Shown one piece after another: positions 56,053 to 64,000 of a stretch of 64,000 nt of DNA; the first letter of the stretch is position 1; each line of letters starts with the position of its first letter. Made by a program: the position numbers and the translations under genes. Under the pieces are notes generated by a model. It did not search any database and was not told where the DNA came from. It worked only from the letters and a program-made list of their open reading frames with translations. The DNA comes from a virus. The stretch is taken from positions 1 through 64,000 of the IMG/VR virus record IMGVR_UViG_3300027806_000035. One strand, 5' to 3'.

Positions 56053-56805
56053 TCAGGTGCGGGTCAGGTCGAAGGTGACGTTGCCAGACGGACGGAAGTT
56101 GATGCTCACGCTCTGGGCATCATCCGGGTTCACGTTCAGGCTTGCGGAAGTCAGTACAACCTCAGTCGAGATCGAACGGCTCAGCGTTTCGGACAGCGTG
56201 CCACCCGAATACACGGCGTCAATGTAAAGCTTGACGGCGGTGCCGGTTTGACGACGCTGCAGCACATCGCTGATCAGACGGTTCGACATAGCCGAGTCGG
56301 CATCCGTGAAGTACACGGTGGTCGTGCCAGTAGCATCAGCAAAGCTGGTCACGTAAGTCCTGAAAGGAGCAAACTGACCATTCGGGACGCCGATGGTGGT
56401 TACGTCGATCTCAGCTCGCGTGATCTCCAGGCTCCAGTCCCGAACCTGGGCGATCGGGGCGAAGGCCTTGTAGACGATGGTGGCCAGCTGGCTGCCAAAG
56501 TTGGTCGGAGCAGCGGTTGCAGTAGCAGCCGTGCCGCCAACAGTGCTGGAAAGCGTCATGATCCCAGTTGCGGGATCATACGTCTTCACGAAGTAGTCGC
56601 CAGCCGCGATGGCATTGGTGACAGTCGCACCAACGGGATAGGTGAGGGTCACGGGGTCATCGACCTTGAAACCCAGGAAATCACCAACCGTGATATTGCT
56701 GCCGGTGGTGGGAAAAGCAGAGGCGCCGAGGCAGGCCTGGGTGTTTGCCGGCTTATACCAGAAAGCGCCCGAAGTGCCCGTCAGTACCGTGGTGTCACAG
56801 GACAT
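56053..56805 (-). CDS. Major tail (tube) protein
   Basis: VRDWSLEITRAEIDVTTIG..FRTY..FAD.TG; VNPDDAQ.V.INFRP; own terminator. Confidence 0.85.
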   Translation of the reverse strand: MSCDTTVLTGTSGAFWYKPANTQACLGASAFPTTGSNITVGDFLGFKVDDPVTLTYPVGATVTNAIAAGDYFVKTYDPATGIMTLSSTVGGTAATATAAPTNFGSQLATIVYKAFAPIAQVRDWSLEITRAEIDVTTIGVPNGQFAPFRTYVTSFADATGTTTVYFTDADSAMSNRLISDVLQRRQTGTAVKLYIDAVYSGGTLSETLSRSISTEVVLTSASLNVNPDDAQSVSINFRPSGNVTFDLTRT

Positions 56806-56911
56806 GGACTTTGAAGAAATGAACAGCAGTGCGGGCACTGCCCGATGTACCAATCCTAGCCACCACCTCGTTTCAGGCCGAATGAGAAGCCGTAGCCGGT
56901 AAGGTCAGTCC

Positions 56912-57343
56912 TTAGCCGAGATTGGTCGCATCCCAGGAAGCAGACATTCTCGCCATGAAATGCGGCTGCTCCTGATCCATGTAAAACATCGGACCGGAAA
57001 TATCGCGAACTCTCACAAAGGTTCCTGTCGCCGGCTTTTTTGTTGAGCCGAGATTCTTCAGGACGCAGGAAGCCGTTTCGGCAAGCTGTCTTGCACGCCT
57101 TCCGCCATTCCCCTTGCGCGTAAAAATGCGGATGATAATTGCACCGCGAGCGCGATCAAGGCTTTCTTCGAGAGCGGTTTCACTTGTTAGGCCAAATGTG
57201 ATGTTGACCATCACGTACTCGCCAGGGGGATCCGGCGACATGGCAATGAGGTTATCAAAGTAGATGCTGACAGGGGGAGTGAGCGCAGCAAATGCACTGT
57301 TGAGCGGGGTTTCAAGTGCTGCGCAGATTGCTTGGTAGTTCAA
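56912..57343 (-). CDS. Tail terminator-like protein
   Basis: YFDN..; RG.III.IFT.KG.G. Confidence 0.7.
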   Translation of the reverse strand: MNYQAICAALETPLNSAFAALTPPVSIYFDNLIAMSPDPPGEYVMVNITFGLTSETALEESLDRARGAIIIRIFTRKGNGGRRARQLAETASCVLKNLGSTKKPATGTFVRVRDISGPMFYMDQEQPHFMARMSASWDATNLG

Positions 57344-57975
57344 TTGACGACCACTCCACTGTCACCCTTTCTAAAGGCAAGTCTAACGACGCGCTTCACA
57401 TCGGCAGACATCTCACCGCCGCGAGCATAGTTTTCATACCAATCACGCTCTGCGGTTGACACATTTGTCCCCTGCGGGTCTGGCTTGACATCCCAACGGA
57501 ATGTAGGCCCTTTTTCCCTGATGCCATATACTGGTTTGAACTCAATTCCACCAACCGGCTTTTCGGGCGTCTTCGGCTTTATCCACCTGCCTTCAAGAAT
57601 ATCCATTGCATACAGCGCGTATGGCGAAGTATTCACAATTTCAAACACCGTCACTCTTTGCAAAGCCTTGACAGTTGTTTTCAGCTGTGGAACGTCTTGG
57701 ATTCTGTAGGGGTATCCCTTGGGTGATGGCTGATTCTTTGCGAAACCACCAAGCGCGTTGGCTCTCCAGCTATTACGGAAGTCTCCGCTATAGGCCGGAC
57801 CCTTGGCAGCGAGTCCATTCATGATCTCAGCAGCTGCCCTTCTCGCTGCGTTGTTAATATCTCTTTTGATCCTTTCTGGAACTTCCGACCATGGCTTGCC
57901 GCTGAGGGGATCTTTTTTGCCCCTCCTTGCGATTGTGCTTGGCCTGGGCTTACTCGGCCTTCTTGGGGTTGCCAT
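57340..57975 (-). CDS. HK97 gp10-like neck / tail-completion protein
   Basis: IMNGL..KGP.YSG.F..SW; IVNTSPYA; TAE.DW...Y.RGG. Confidence 0.7.
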   Translation of the reverse strand: MATPRRPSKPRPSTIARRGKKDPLSGKPWSEVPERIKRDINNAARRAAAEIMNGLAAKGPAYSGDFRNSWRANALGGFAKNQPSPKGYPYRIQDVPQLKTTVKALQRVTVFEIVNTSPYALYAMDILEGRWIKPKTPEKPVGGIEFKPVYGIREKGPTFRWDVKPDPQGTNVSTAERDWYENYARGGEMSADVKRVVRLAFRKGDSGVVVN

Positions 57976-58035
57976 GCCTGGGACTGCAACTCTTGCTTAA
58001 TTGTAGCCCAACAGGTAATCAAAGTGCCAAAAATG

Positions 58036-58344
58036 CTAAACGCGCTTCCAAGTGGCCGAATCGCTCCAGCTTCCAGCCTTGACGGCTCTGATCGGCTTGT
58101 TAGGTAGGCATCCCCTCGGCATCACAGTTGCAGGTCCATCCCACACCGAAATGCTGCCGATGATTTCAGCCGTTCGTCCGCTTGGCACTTGAACTACTGC
58201 TGGCTCACCGTTCGATCCGTAGACATCGCCAATGACGATCAGATCATTCAGAGCGAGAAGCTGAAGGATCGGCTTGCGGATCCAGCGGATGAAGCTCCTG
58301 TAACCTTCAGTCATCGTTGCGCCCTCCGGTGGCGTGATGGTCAT
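58036..58344 (-). CDS. Hypothetical protein ending in a copy of the upstream gene's N-terminal motif
   Basis: IRAVKAGSWSDSATW versus VRAVKSGNWSDPTVW. Confidence 0.4.
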   Translation of the reverse strand: MTITPPEGATMTEGYRSFIRWIRKPILQLLALNDLIVIGDVYGSNGEPAVVQVPSGRTAEIIGSISVWDGPATVMPRGCLPNKPIRAVKAGSWSDSATWKRV

Positions 58345-58386
58345 GGACCGGGTGCTGCAAGCACGCCGGTCCGACCAATCATACAC

Positions 58387-60432
58387 CTACGTCTCAAGAG
58401 CGTCTTGCACGATGTCGCCGACCTCCTGGGTGGTTGCACAGTTCGCAACGCGAGAAAGCTCTGGCGTCAATTCAGTTCGCACTTCATCTGCAATCTGGCC
58501 AGGAGTCGGCACTGTTGGCGCGTTCGTCAGGCTCGTAGCCGTATCAGTCAGCGTGACGCGGGCCAGGGTGTCAGACGGCTTCAGGCGGCTGCTCACCGTG
58601 GCGTCGATTCGCGATAGTTCCGTGCTCAGCTCGGCGCGGACCGCTGTGGCATTGTCGGCAGCGCTGGGGCCTGGGTTGGCCGTGAGCGTGCGGGTGGCCG
58701 CGCTCCAGGCCGTGGTGGCGATACTGGCGGCACTCGGCGGCGCCGTGTAGCCGGAAGAGGGCAGCCGGCTGCTGACGGTGGCATCCAGGTTGCCCAGCTC
58801 CGGGGCCAGCTCTGTGCGCACCTGAGCTGCAGTCAGGGTCGAGCGGGTGGCGAGGGCGCCGCCGGTCCGCTCCAGATCTGCACGGATGGCGGCCACCAAT
58901 GCCACTTGATCAATGTTCTGGTTGCCAATTGCACCAACAATTGCATTCAAAATTGCCTGACCGTCATTTTCGTTCAAGATTGACTGTTCAACTGCTGTTG
59001 CAATCGCTTGCCGTTCTCCGCTGGTGAGGGAGAAGCCGGTTCTATCAAGGGCGCTGTTGACAGCGGTGGCAATAGCAGAAGCGGTTGGGGGAGTCGTATA
59101 AGAAGAGGTTGCAAGCCTTGTTGAAATTGCAACGTCAAGACGCCCCAGTTCAGTGCTCAGCTCGGTGCGGACAGCCGTGGCGATCTCGGCCTCTGTCGGC
59201 ACATCCGGGGCGTTGGTGAGGGTGGTGACGGTATCGGCAAGGGTGACGCGGGCCAGGGTGCCACCAGGCGCGAGCCGGCTGCTGACGGCGTCGTCGATCC
59301 TGCCAAGCTCAGTTGCCAGCTCCGACCGCACGGCGGTTGCGGCCTCGGCGGCAGTGGGCAGGGCATCGAGCTGCGTGTCCAGGTTGGCGCTGGCCAGGCC
59401 TACGGCGGCGCGGATGCTGGCGCCATCAATGGCAGCAGTGCCGGTGGTGGCATCAACGGGCACGCCAAGCGCCACGGACCCGGCAGGGGGGACGGCGCAG
59501 GTGCCGGTCAGCTCACCAGCAGGGCCGTAGACCGTGCCGCTGCGGACGTTGCTGGTGGCTGGGTTGCCGCCTACAGAGTCGGCGGTGTAGAGACTGCGGA
59601 TGATTCCTGACCCACCTACCCTAACCTGATAGTAAGTAGAAGAAGGGCTGGCTATCCAGCCCCATCTTATTGCGTAAATCGGATTGATTCCATTTATTGA
59701 AGTCAAAAGCGGGCCGGTTACTAACACTTGAGCGGCACTGCTGGTGCTACTGACACCAGCAGCGCTGCCCGACGCCGTGATTGTGCCATTCACGGTAAGA
59801 CTTCCCGCCCCTGTTAAACCGATTCCGGCTGCGACACCGGCATTTACACTTCCAACTACTGAAATTGAACCAGTACCATTGCTAAAAATTGCACTTCCGA
59901 TAGCGGCAGTTACGGTGCCCGTAACATTAACAGTTCCTGAAGATGTGAGTCTAATCGCCTCGGCATTGGAAACAGCGGAAACATTGCCTGTGAAGTTAAA
60001 AGTTCCTGAAGAACTAACCCTGACGCCACCAGTGTCAGTGGTAGAGCCTAGAATATTGGGTACAATTGATCCGACCATGTTTAGGGTGCCGGTGCCGTTG
60101 AAAAGTATTCCGACAGCGCCTGCTGATGCTCCATTATGATTTCCATTAAGCTGAACTGACGTACCAGTATTGTTAGATACCGTTAAAACTGTTGCAGTGC
60201 TTGCGATAGTATTTGCCGTCAGCGTGATTCCATTGGCACTGATTAAAAACCCACCACCCGCCGTCACCCCCGTCGTACTCGCGTTGCTTATCTGCAGCAC
60301 CGTCGGGCTGACATCAATCGTCACCGTGAACGTATTGCTATACACATCATCCGCCGCAGTCGGCAACGCCCCGGTGTTCCACACCGTTGGGTCAGACCAG
60401 TTCCCAGATTTGACCGCCCGAACGATTGCCAT
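58387..60432 (-). CDS. Virion fibre / appendage protein (beta-solenoid plus helical repeats)
   Basis: G8-like start SGNWSD..VW; G/T/N-rich repeats; about 5 VR.EL..EL...D..[VI]S.RL repeats. Confidence 0.7.
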   Translation of the reverse strand: MAIVRAVKSGNWSDPTVWNTGALPTAADDVYSNTFTVTIDVSPTVLQISNASTTGVTAGGGFLISANGITLTANTIASTATVLTVSNNTGTSVQLNGNHNGASAGAVGILFNGTGTLNMVGSIVPNILGSTTDTGGVRVSSSGTFNFTGNVSAVSNAEAIRLTSSGTVNVTGTVTAAIGSAIFSNGTGSISVVGSVNAGVAAGIGLTGAGSLTVNGTITASGSAAGVSSTSSAAQVLVTGPLLTSINGINPIYAIRWGWIASPSSTYYQVRVGGSGIIRSLYTADSVGGNPATSNVRSGTVYGPAGELTGTCAVPPAGSVALGVPVDATTGTAAIDGASIRAAVGLASANLDTQLDALPTAAEAATAVRSELATELGRIDDAVSSRLAPGGTLARVTLADTVTTLTNAPDVPTEAEIATAVRTELSTELGRLDVAISTRLATSSYTTPPTASAIATAVNSALDRTGFSLTSGERQAIATAVEQSILNENDGQAILNAIVGAIGNQNIDQVALVAAIRADLERTGGALATRSTLTAAQVRTELAPELGNLDATVSSRLPSSGYTAPPSAASIATTAWSAATRTLTANPGPSAADNATAVRAELSTELSRIDATVSSRLKPSDTLARVTLTDTATSLTNAPTVPTPGQIADEVRTELTPELSRVANCATTQEVGDIVQDALET

Positions 60433-60435
60433 GAC

Positions 60436-60729
60436 TCACAGCCCCTTTGCATCAATGAACGCCTGAGCCGCTGCCTCCAGCGCCTGCAGGAATCCAGCCA
60501 CCGCTGGGTCGCTCGCAGCAGCCTCCACCGCATCGCCATAGACCACCGCCTGCGCTGCATCATCCAGGCGCTCCGGGCCATCCGGGCCCGCCCGGTAGGG
60601 CGTCAGCCGCACTGCAATGCTCACGCCCATCCCATCGGCGTGCCACATCGGAGACAGCGCCAGGTTTGCCGCCAGCCGGTCAAAGACCTTGCCGTCGCGC
60701 TCAACAGGTCGGTTGGTGTGGAGAGCCAT
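60436..60729 (-). CDS. Hypothetical virion-associated protein
   Basis: Tiles operon. Confidence 0.6.
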   Translation of the reverse strand: MALHTNRPVERDGKVFDRLAANLALSPMWHADGMGVSIAVRLTPYRAGPDGPERLDDAAQAVVYGDAVEAAASDPAVAGFLQALEAAAQAFIDAKGL

Positions 60730-60733
60730 CGGA

Positions 60734-61363
60734 TCAGGTGTAGGTGTGGCCTGCTCGGCCGGTCCAGGTGACGTTGACTGCCGTGCCCTTGCTGGTGCGG
60801 ACGCCAGCAGCGTTGTAGATGCTGCGGGTGATAGTCCAACCAACTGAAGATTCGGCCAGGCCATAAACACCGCGACCGACGTAAATAACGCCTTGGGTGT
60901 CTGTATCGACTCTGACCTCCTTCACTTCTCTGGCTCTTTCCGGCAGCTGAGTTGGATCACTTGTATCCACCACCATGATAGACCTGCCGATAACAGAGTG
61001 AAGTATTGGTTTTGAGCCTCTGTGCGTCAGCGGAGTGATTATCTTGGCTGTGATAATCAACTCAGCCTGAGCGTATTCAATGCAATCATCTGGCTTTGGA
61101 AAATAGTCGCCAAGATACGAAGCTGGAATCAGAAACTTTGTATCCGTGATTCTGATTTCACCATTCACGTCATCCGGCGCTACATTCAACGGAATGACAG
61201 ATGTAGTGACTCTCGTGTCTGCGACGACCGGTGTTTCAAAGGTTCCGGTAGCAGGATCGTACACCTGCTCGCTATTCGCAACCTTAATGTAAGTTGCCGA
61301 AACACCCCACTGATCAATCAGTGGAGTTGGAATGGATCCAAAAACGTCGTCAACGAGTGACAT
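60734..61363 (-). CDS. Head-closure / head-tail joining protein with fused C-terminal domain
   Basis: WG..ATYIK..YDP.TG..D.KFLI; C-terminal IYVG..W.I.R..W..RA..TY. Confidence 0.65.
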   Translation of the reverse strand: MSLVDDVFGSIPTPLIDQWGVSATYIKVANSEQVYDPATGTFETPVVADTRVTTSVIPLNVAPDDVNGEIRITDTKFLIPASYLGDYFPKPDDCIEYAQAELIITAKIITPLTHRGSKPILHSVIGRSIMVVDTSDPTQLPERAREVKEVRVDTDTQGVIYVGRGVYGLAESSVGWTITRSIYNAAGVRTSKGTAVNVTWTGRAGHTYT

Positions 61364-61365
61364 GA

Positions 61366-62022
61366 TCAGAGGCGGTTATTCCAAGAACCGCCATAAGGCC
61401 AAAGCTGGCCGTTGATCATGCGAACGCCACTTGGTTTCTGCCTGGTCACAAATCCCCTGTAGCCGATGCGGGCAGTAGATTCACGCCTGACCTTCGGCTG
61501 ATAGAAGTCCCCGCGAATCATGTACTTTGCAAAGATGTCCATTGAGTACGGGGGAATGAACAGAGCGCCCGTCTGTGCATTTCCGCTTTTGTCAAACTTA
61601 ACTCTCAGATCACTCCGGCCAAGCTCAACCTCTTCGTATTCACTGTTCTTTTGGCGTTTCGATCCGCCATCAGCATCCTGAATTCCGGTGTAACCGCCAT
61701 TGATACCAAGAAATGCTGCCATGTAGGCAACACCGACCTTGAAGTCAAGCGGCAGCTCATCAACCTGAGAGTAGTAATAGTCAGCAATCAAGAGGCGTGG
61801 CCATGCCAGGCTTTGCTCTTGTGTTGCAGGACGACCTTTCCATTGCAGAGGATTGATCGCCATCGTCGCGGTGATCAATGTCTTCTGCTTATTTGAATCT
61901 GATAGCGCCAGCCACTGCTGCACGCCATAGCTAGGTGCGAGATCTTGAAGCAGAGCCGTGGCCTCAGCCACCGACAGGTAGGAATTGGCGTCAGGCGCCC
62001 CCAGCGTCGAGACAAAGGCCAC
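61366..62022 (-). CDS. Head-tail adaptor (DnaT-like family)
   Basis: ANSYLSVAEA..W..K...LI.AT..WKG..QSLAWPR. Confidence 0.8.
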   Translation of the reverse strand: MAFVSTLGAPDANSYLSVAEATALLQDLAPSYGVQQWLALSDSNKQKTLITATMAINPLQWKGRPATQEQSLAWPRLLIADYYYSQVDELPLDFKVGVAYMAAFLGINGGYTGIQDADGGSKRQKNSEYEEVELGRSDLRVKFDKSGNAQTGALFIPPYSMDIFAKYMIRGDFYQPKVRRESTARIGYRGFVTRQKPSGVRMINGQLWPYGGSWNNRL

Positions 62023-62031
62023 GATTCATCC

Positions 62032-62211
62032 TCAGGCGGCAGGAGCAGGCTCGGGAGCAGGCGCCGGCTTGGGCTTCGGCTTCACGGTAGCGGCGGCCTT
62101 CGGGGCAGGCTCAGGGGCCTTCTCGGCGGCCTCTGCGGTCGCCTCTTCAGCCTGGGCCTCCTTGGCGGCCAGGGCGGCTTCACGCCGCATACGAAACGTT
62201 CCAGCACTCAT
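62032..62211 (-). CDS. Small Ala/Pro/Lys-rich protein after capsid gene, 59 aa
   Basis: MSAGTFRMRREAALAAKEAQAEE...PAPAA; missing from the ORF track. Confidence 0.65.
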   Translation of the reverse strand: MSAGTFRMRREAALAAKEAQAEEATAEAAEKAPEPAPKAAATVKPKPKPAPAPEPAPAA

Positions 62212-62230
62212 GATGAAAGTCCAGATAGAG

Positions 62231-62252
62231 AGAAGCCCCGGCGAACCGGGGC
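62231..62252 (-). terminator. Terminator / stabilising hairpin after major capsid gene
   Basis: GCCCCGG-TTCG-CCGGGGC then TTCTCTCT. Confidence 0.7.
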
Positions 62253-62273
62253 ATTTGCAGATCGGGAAAGCGA

Positions 62274-63257
62274 TCAGACGAAGCAGCGCATCCGGGTGAT
62301 ACGGATGTTGCGGTCGTCATCGAACACCTTGACCCAGTTGGCACCAGTTGCCAGTTCGGTGTTGCTGGGGGCAGCCTTCGCCGAAGTACCTTTCCAGCTG
62401 ATCCCGTTCGGGTGAACGAGGTAGTGGGTGCGGTTGATCAGGTAGTCGATGCCCAGGAACTTGTCGCGATCGGTTTCAACCGGATTCTTGGCGGGAGCAG
62501 TCGCGTAAGCGAAAGCACCAGGGCCGAAGAAGTAGGTGTCATGGACATCGGTGGAACCGGTGCCAGCACCAACGGCGACGGGCAGCTTGTCATCCACGAA
62601 CACCGGGCGACCCAGATAGGTGCCCTTCTCCAGAGCCTGCTCGGAGAGGCGGGTGTCCAGCTGCGAGGTGCTGGAAGACGGAACAATCAGGTCCATCTTC
62701 ATCAGAGCGTAATAGACCGGCGAACGCATCATGATGCCGGTCAGCTCGTCACCTGCATCACCCAGCTTGGCGATGCCGTCCACCATCAGGGACTGGGACA
62801 GCTGCGAGGAGGTGCCGCCGACAGCATGGCTGGTGGCCAGGGGACCGCCGGAAGCGAAAATGCCCTGCAGGATCGAAACGCAGGTCTTCTGCATGTCGCG
62901 GATCCAGTAGCGACCGGTGCTGCGGGCGATGGCCTGCATCGGGTCGGAACCGGACAGATCGGCAGCCAGGTCGGAAGACTTCCAGCTCTTGCGGCGCATG
63001 TTGCGCACACCGACCTGCAGATCACCTGCAATGTCGGTCGGGGCGGAAGCTTCGGTATCCGAGTCGATTTCGGAATCGCCGGACAGATCACCGAAGAAGG
63101 GGAGGTCGATGGTTTTGCCGCCCTTCTGAAATTCAGATTGGATGGCAGCGTTCGTGACCATCAGGCCGGAAGTAACCAGGGCATTCTTGTCCTGGATTTC
63201 TTCCTGCTGATAGTCAAGGAACAGCTCGGGGATAAGGGGAACACCTGCGAGAAGCAT
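62274..63257 (-). CDS. Major capsid protein
   Basis: IPELF..Y; GG.TI.LPFF.DL.G; G.DPM.AI..YW; E.DRD..G...L..R..Y..HP.G.SW; highly biased codon use. Confidence 0.9.
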   Translation of the reverse strand: MLLAGVPLIPELFLDYQQEEIQDKNALVTSGLMVTNAAIQSEFQKGGKTIDLPFFGDLSGDSEIDSDTEASAPTDIAGDLQVGVRNMRRKSWKSSDLAADLSGSDPMQAIARSTGRYWIRDMQKTCVSILQGIFASGGPLATSHAVGGTSSQLSQSLMVDGIAKLGDAGDELTGIMMRSPVYYALMKMDLIVPSSSTSQLDTRLSEQALEKGTYLGRPVFVDDKLPVAVGAGTGSTDVHDTYFFGPGAFAYATAPAKNPVETDRDKFLGIDYLINRTHYLVHPNGISWKGTSAKAAPSNTELATGANWVKVFDDDRNIRITRMRCFV

Positions 63258-63295
63258 TGTCCTAAAGCGGGTTTGTGGAAATTTGGTTCAGCTTC

Positions 63296-63345
63296 ACAGC
63301 ACTGCTGCCAGACCGCGTACGGTCGCTGCTGCGAGGCACTGCCTC
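63296..63345 (-). promoter_or_regulatory. Structured 5' leader of capsid gene (three hairpins)
   Basis: GAGGC-AGT-GCCTC; GACCG-TACG-CGGTC; GCAGC-AGT-GCTGT. Confidence 0.55.
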
Positions 63346-63363
63346 TCTTGCCAAATAATAGCC

Positions 63364-63390
63364 AAAGAAAAAGCCGGGGTTGCCCCCGGC
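63364..63390 (-). terminator. Rho-independent terminator
   Basis: GCCGGGG-GCAA-CCCCGGC then TTTTTCTTT. Confidence 0.8.
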
Positions 63391-63485
63391 CCATTTCCTC
63401 ATGACTTGACGAAGCTAAAAGACTTTTGCCCGTTGATCTGCTTTATCGGTAAACCAACAAGAAGCCTGGTAGCGCTCGATACAAG

Positions 63486-63773
63486 TCAGTTCAGTGTGTA
63501 ACCCTTGCCGGTCAGCACGGCTTTCTCGCCGGAGTCCAGGGCGGCCCAGCCAGCACAGCCGCTGGCGGTGATGACCTTGGTGCCGGTCACGGTGGGAGCA
63601 GCTGCAAAAAGCTCATTGAGCTGAGCTTCAGTGAAAGCGTCGGGGAGAATGAAAGTAAAGTTCTTCAGGCCACGGGCACAAAGAACGATGGCAGACAGAA
63701 CTTCATCAACAGCGGTGGCGGACTGAACGCCGCGCATGTTGACGTTGGTGCGATAGGCGCCACTGACAGTCAT
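63486..63773 (-). CDS. Hypothetical protein, possible capsid decoration
   Basis: Adjacent to the capsid gene; own -10 (TACCAT) and terminator. Confidence 0.55.
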   Translation of the reverse strand: MTVSGAYRTNVNMRGVQSATAVDEVLSAIVLCARGLKNFTFILPDAFTEAQLNELFAAAPTVTGTKVITASGCAGWAALDSGEKAVLTGKGYTLN

Positions 63774-63863
63774 TGGAAGTCGGGGAAAGTGTCTGCGGAC
63801 ATGGTAGACAGTCCCGAGATTCAGCCAGAATCAAGAAGAAGTCCTAGGTAAAGCCTAAGCAAA

Positions 63864-64000
63864 ATGGAAAGGAGAACCTGGGATACACCTGTGCGGGAAG
63901 GGTGGAATCCCATCATTCATCACATGCTTAAAGCTATTGACAGCCACAACCGAATGTACTTTCGGACAGGGGACAACTGGCACTTGTTGAAAGCGGAAGA
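63864..64000 (+). CDS. Hypothetical cyanophage-type protein, truncated by window edge
   Basis: MERRTWDTPVREGWNPIIHHMLKAID.. open to the end of the window. Confidence 0.55.
   Translation, partial: MERRTWDTPVREGWNPIIHHMLKAIDSHNRMYFRTGDNWHLLKAE

Noticed and set aside
1-64000. tRNA/rRNA genes, integrase/att site, terminase/portal, photosynthesis genes
   Set aside because: None recognised by eye in this window; a tRNA or covariance scan was not possible, and head-packaging genes probably lie outside it

Overview
This is a 64-kb slice of a long-tailed (siphovirus-type) dsDNA phage or prophage. The host is very probably a picocyanobacterium (Synechococcus/Cyanobium type), inferred from a cyAbrB regulator, a group-2-like sigma70, cyanobacterial-type Dcd/ThyX, pentapeptide and RTX proteins and C/A-rich leaders lacking SD sites. 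Most genes lie on the minus strand. About 1-13 kb is a mosaic accessory region with dNMP kinase, two HNH endonucleases, shuffled MTDWRALC cassettes, a pentapeptide protein and an RTX protein. About 13-27 kb holds recombination, replication, nucleotide-metabolism and transcription genes (RusA, two SSBs, exonuclease, Rad52-like annealase, DnaB, initiator, Dcd, ThyX, sigma70, AEP primase-polymerase). About 27-64 kb holds lysis, tail and head genes (GH19+YkuD lysin, fibres, 2466-aa tape measure, -1 frameshifted tail chaperone, major tail, head-tail joining proteins, major capsid). The main find is a catalytically intact, TnpA-less TnpB at the 3' end of the tape-measure gene. Its predicted guide, directly after the right-end TCAA, is a 33-nt copy of the tape-measure end (SMKTRKRLGL-stop). 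The expressed gene ends in a copy of the same peptide in which the last 8 codons, including the stop, are all synonymously changed. This fits an RNA-guided homing or phage-versus-phage system with self-immunity by recoding. All product calls come from motif recognition by eye; no database searches were run.
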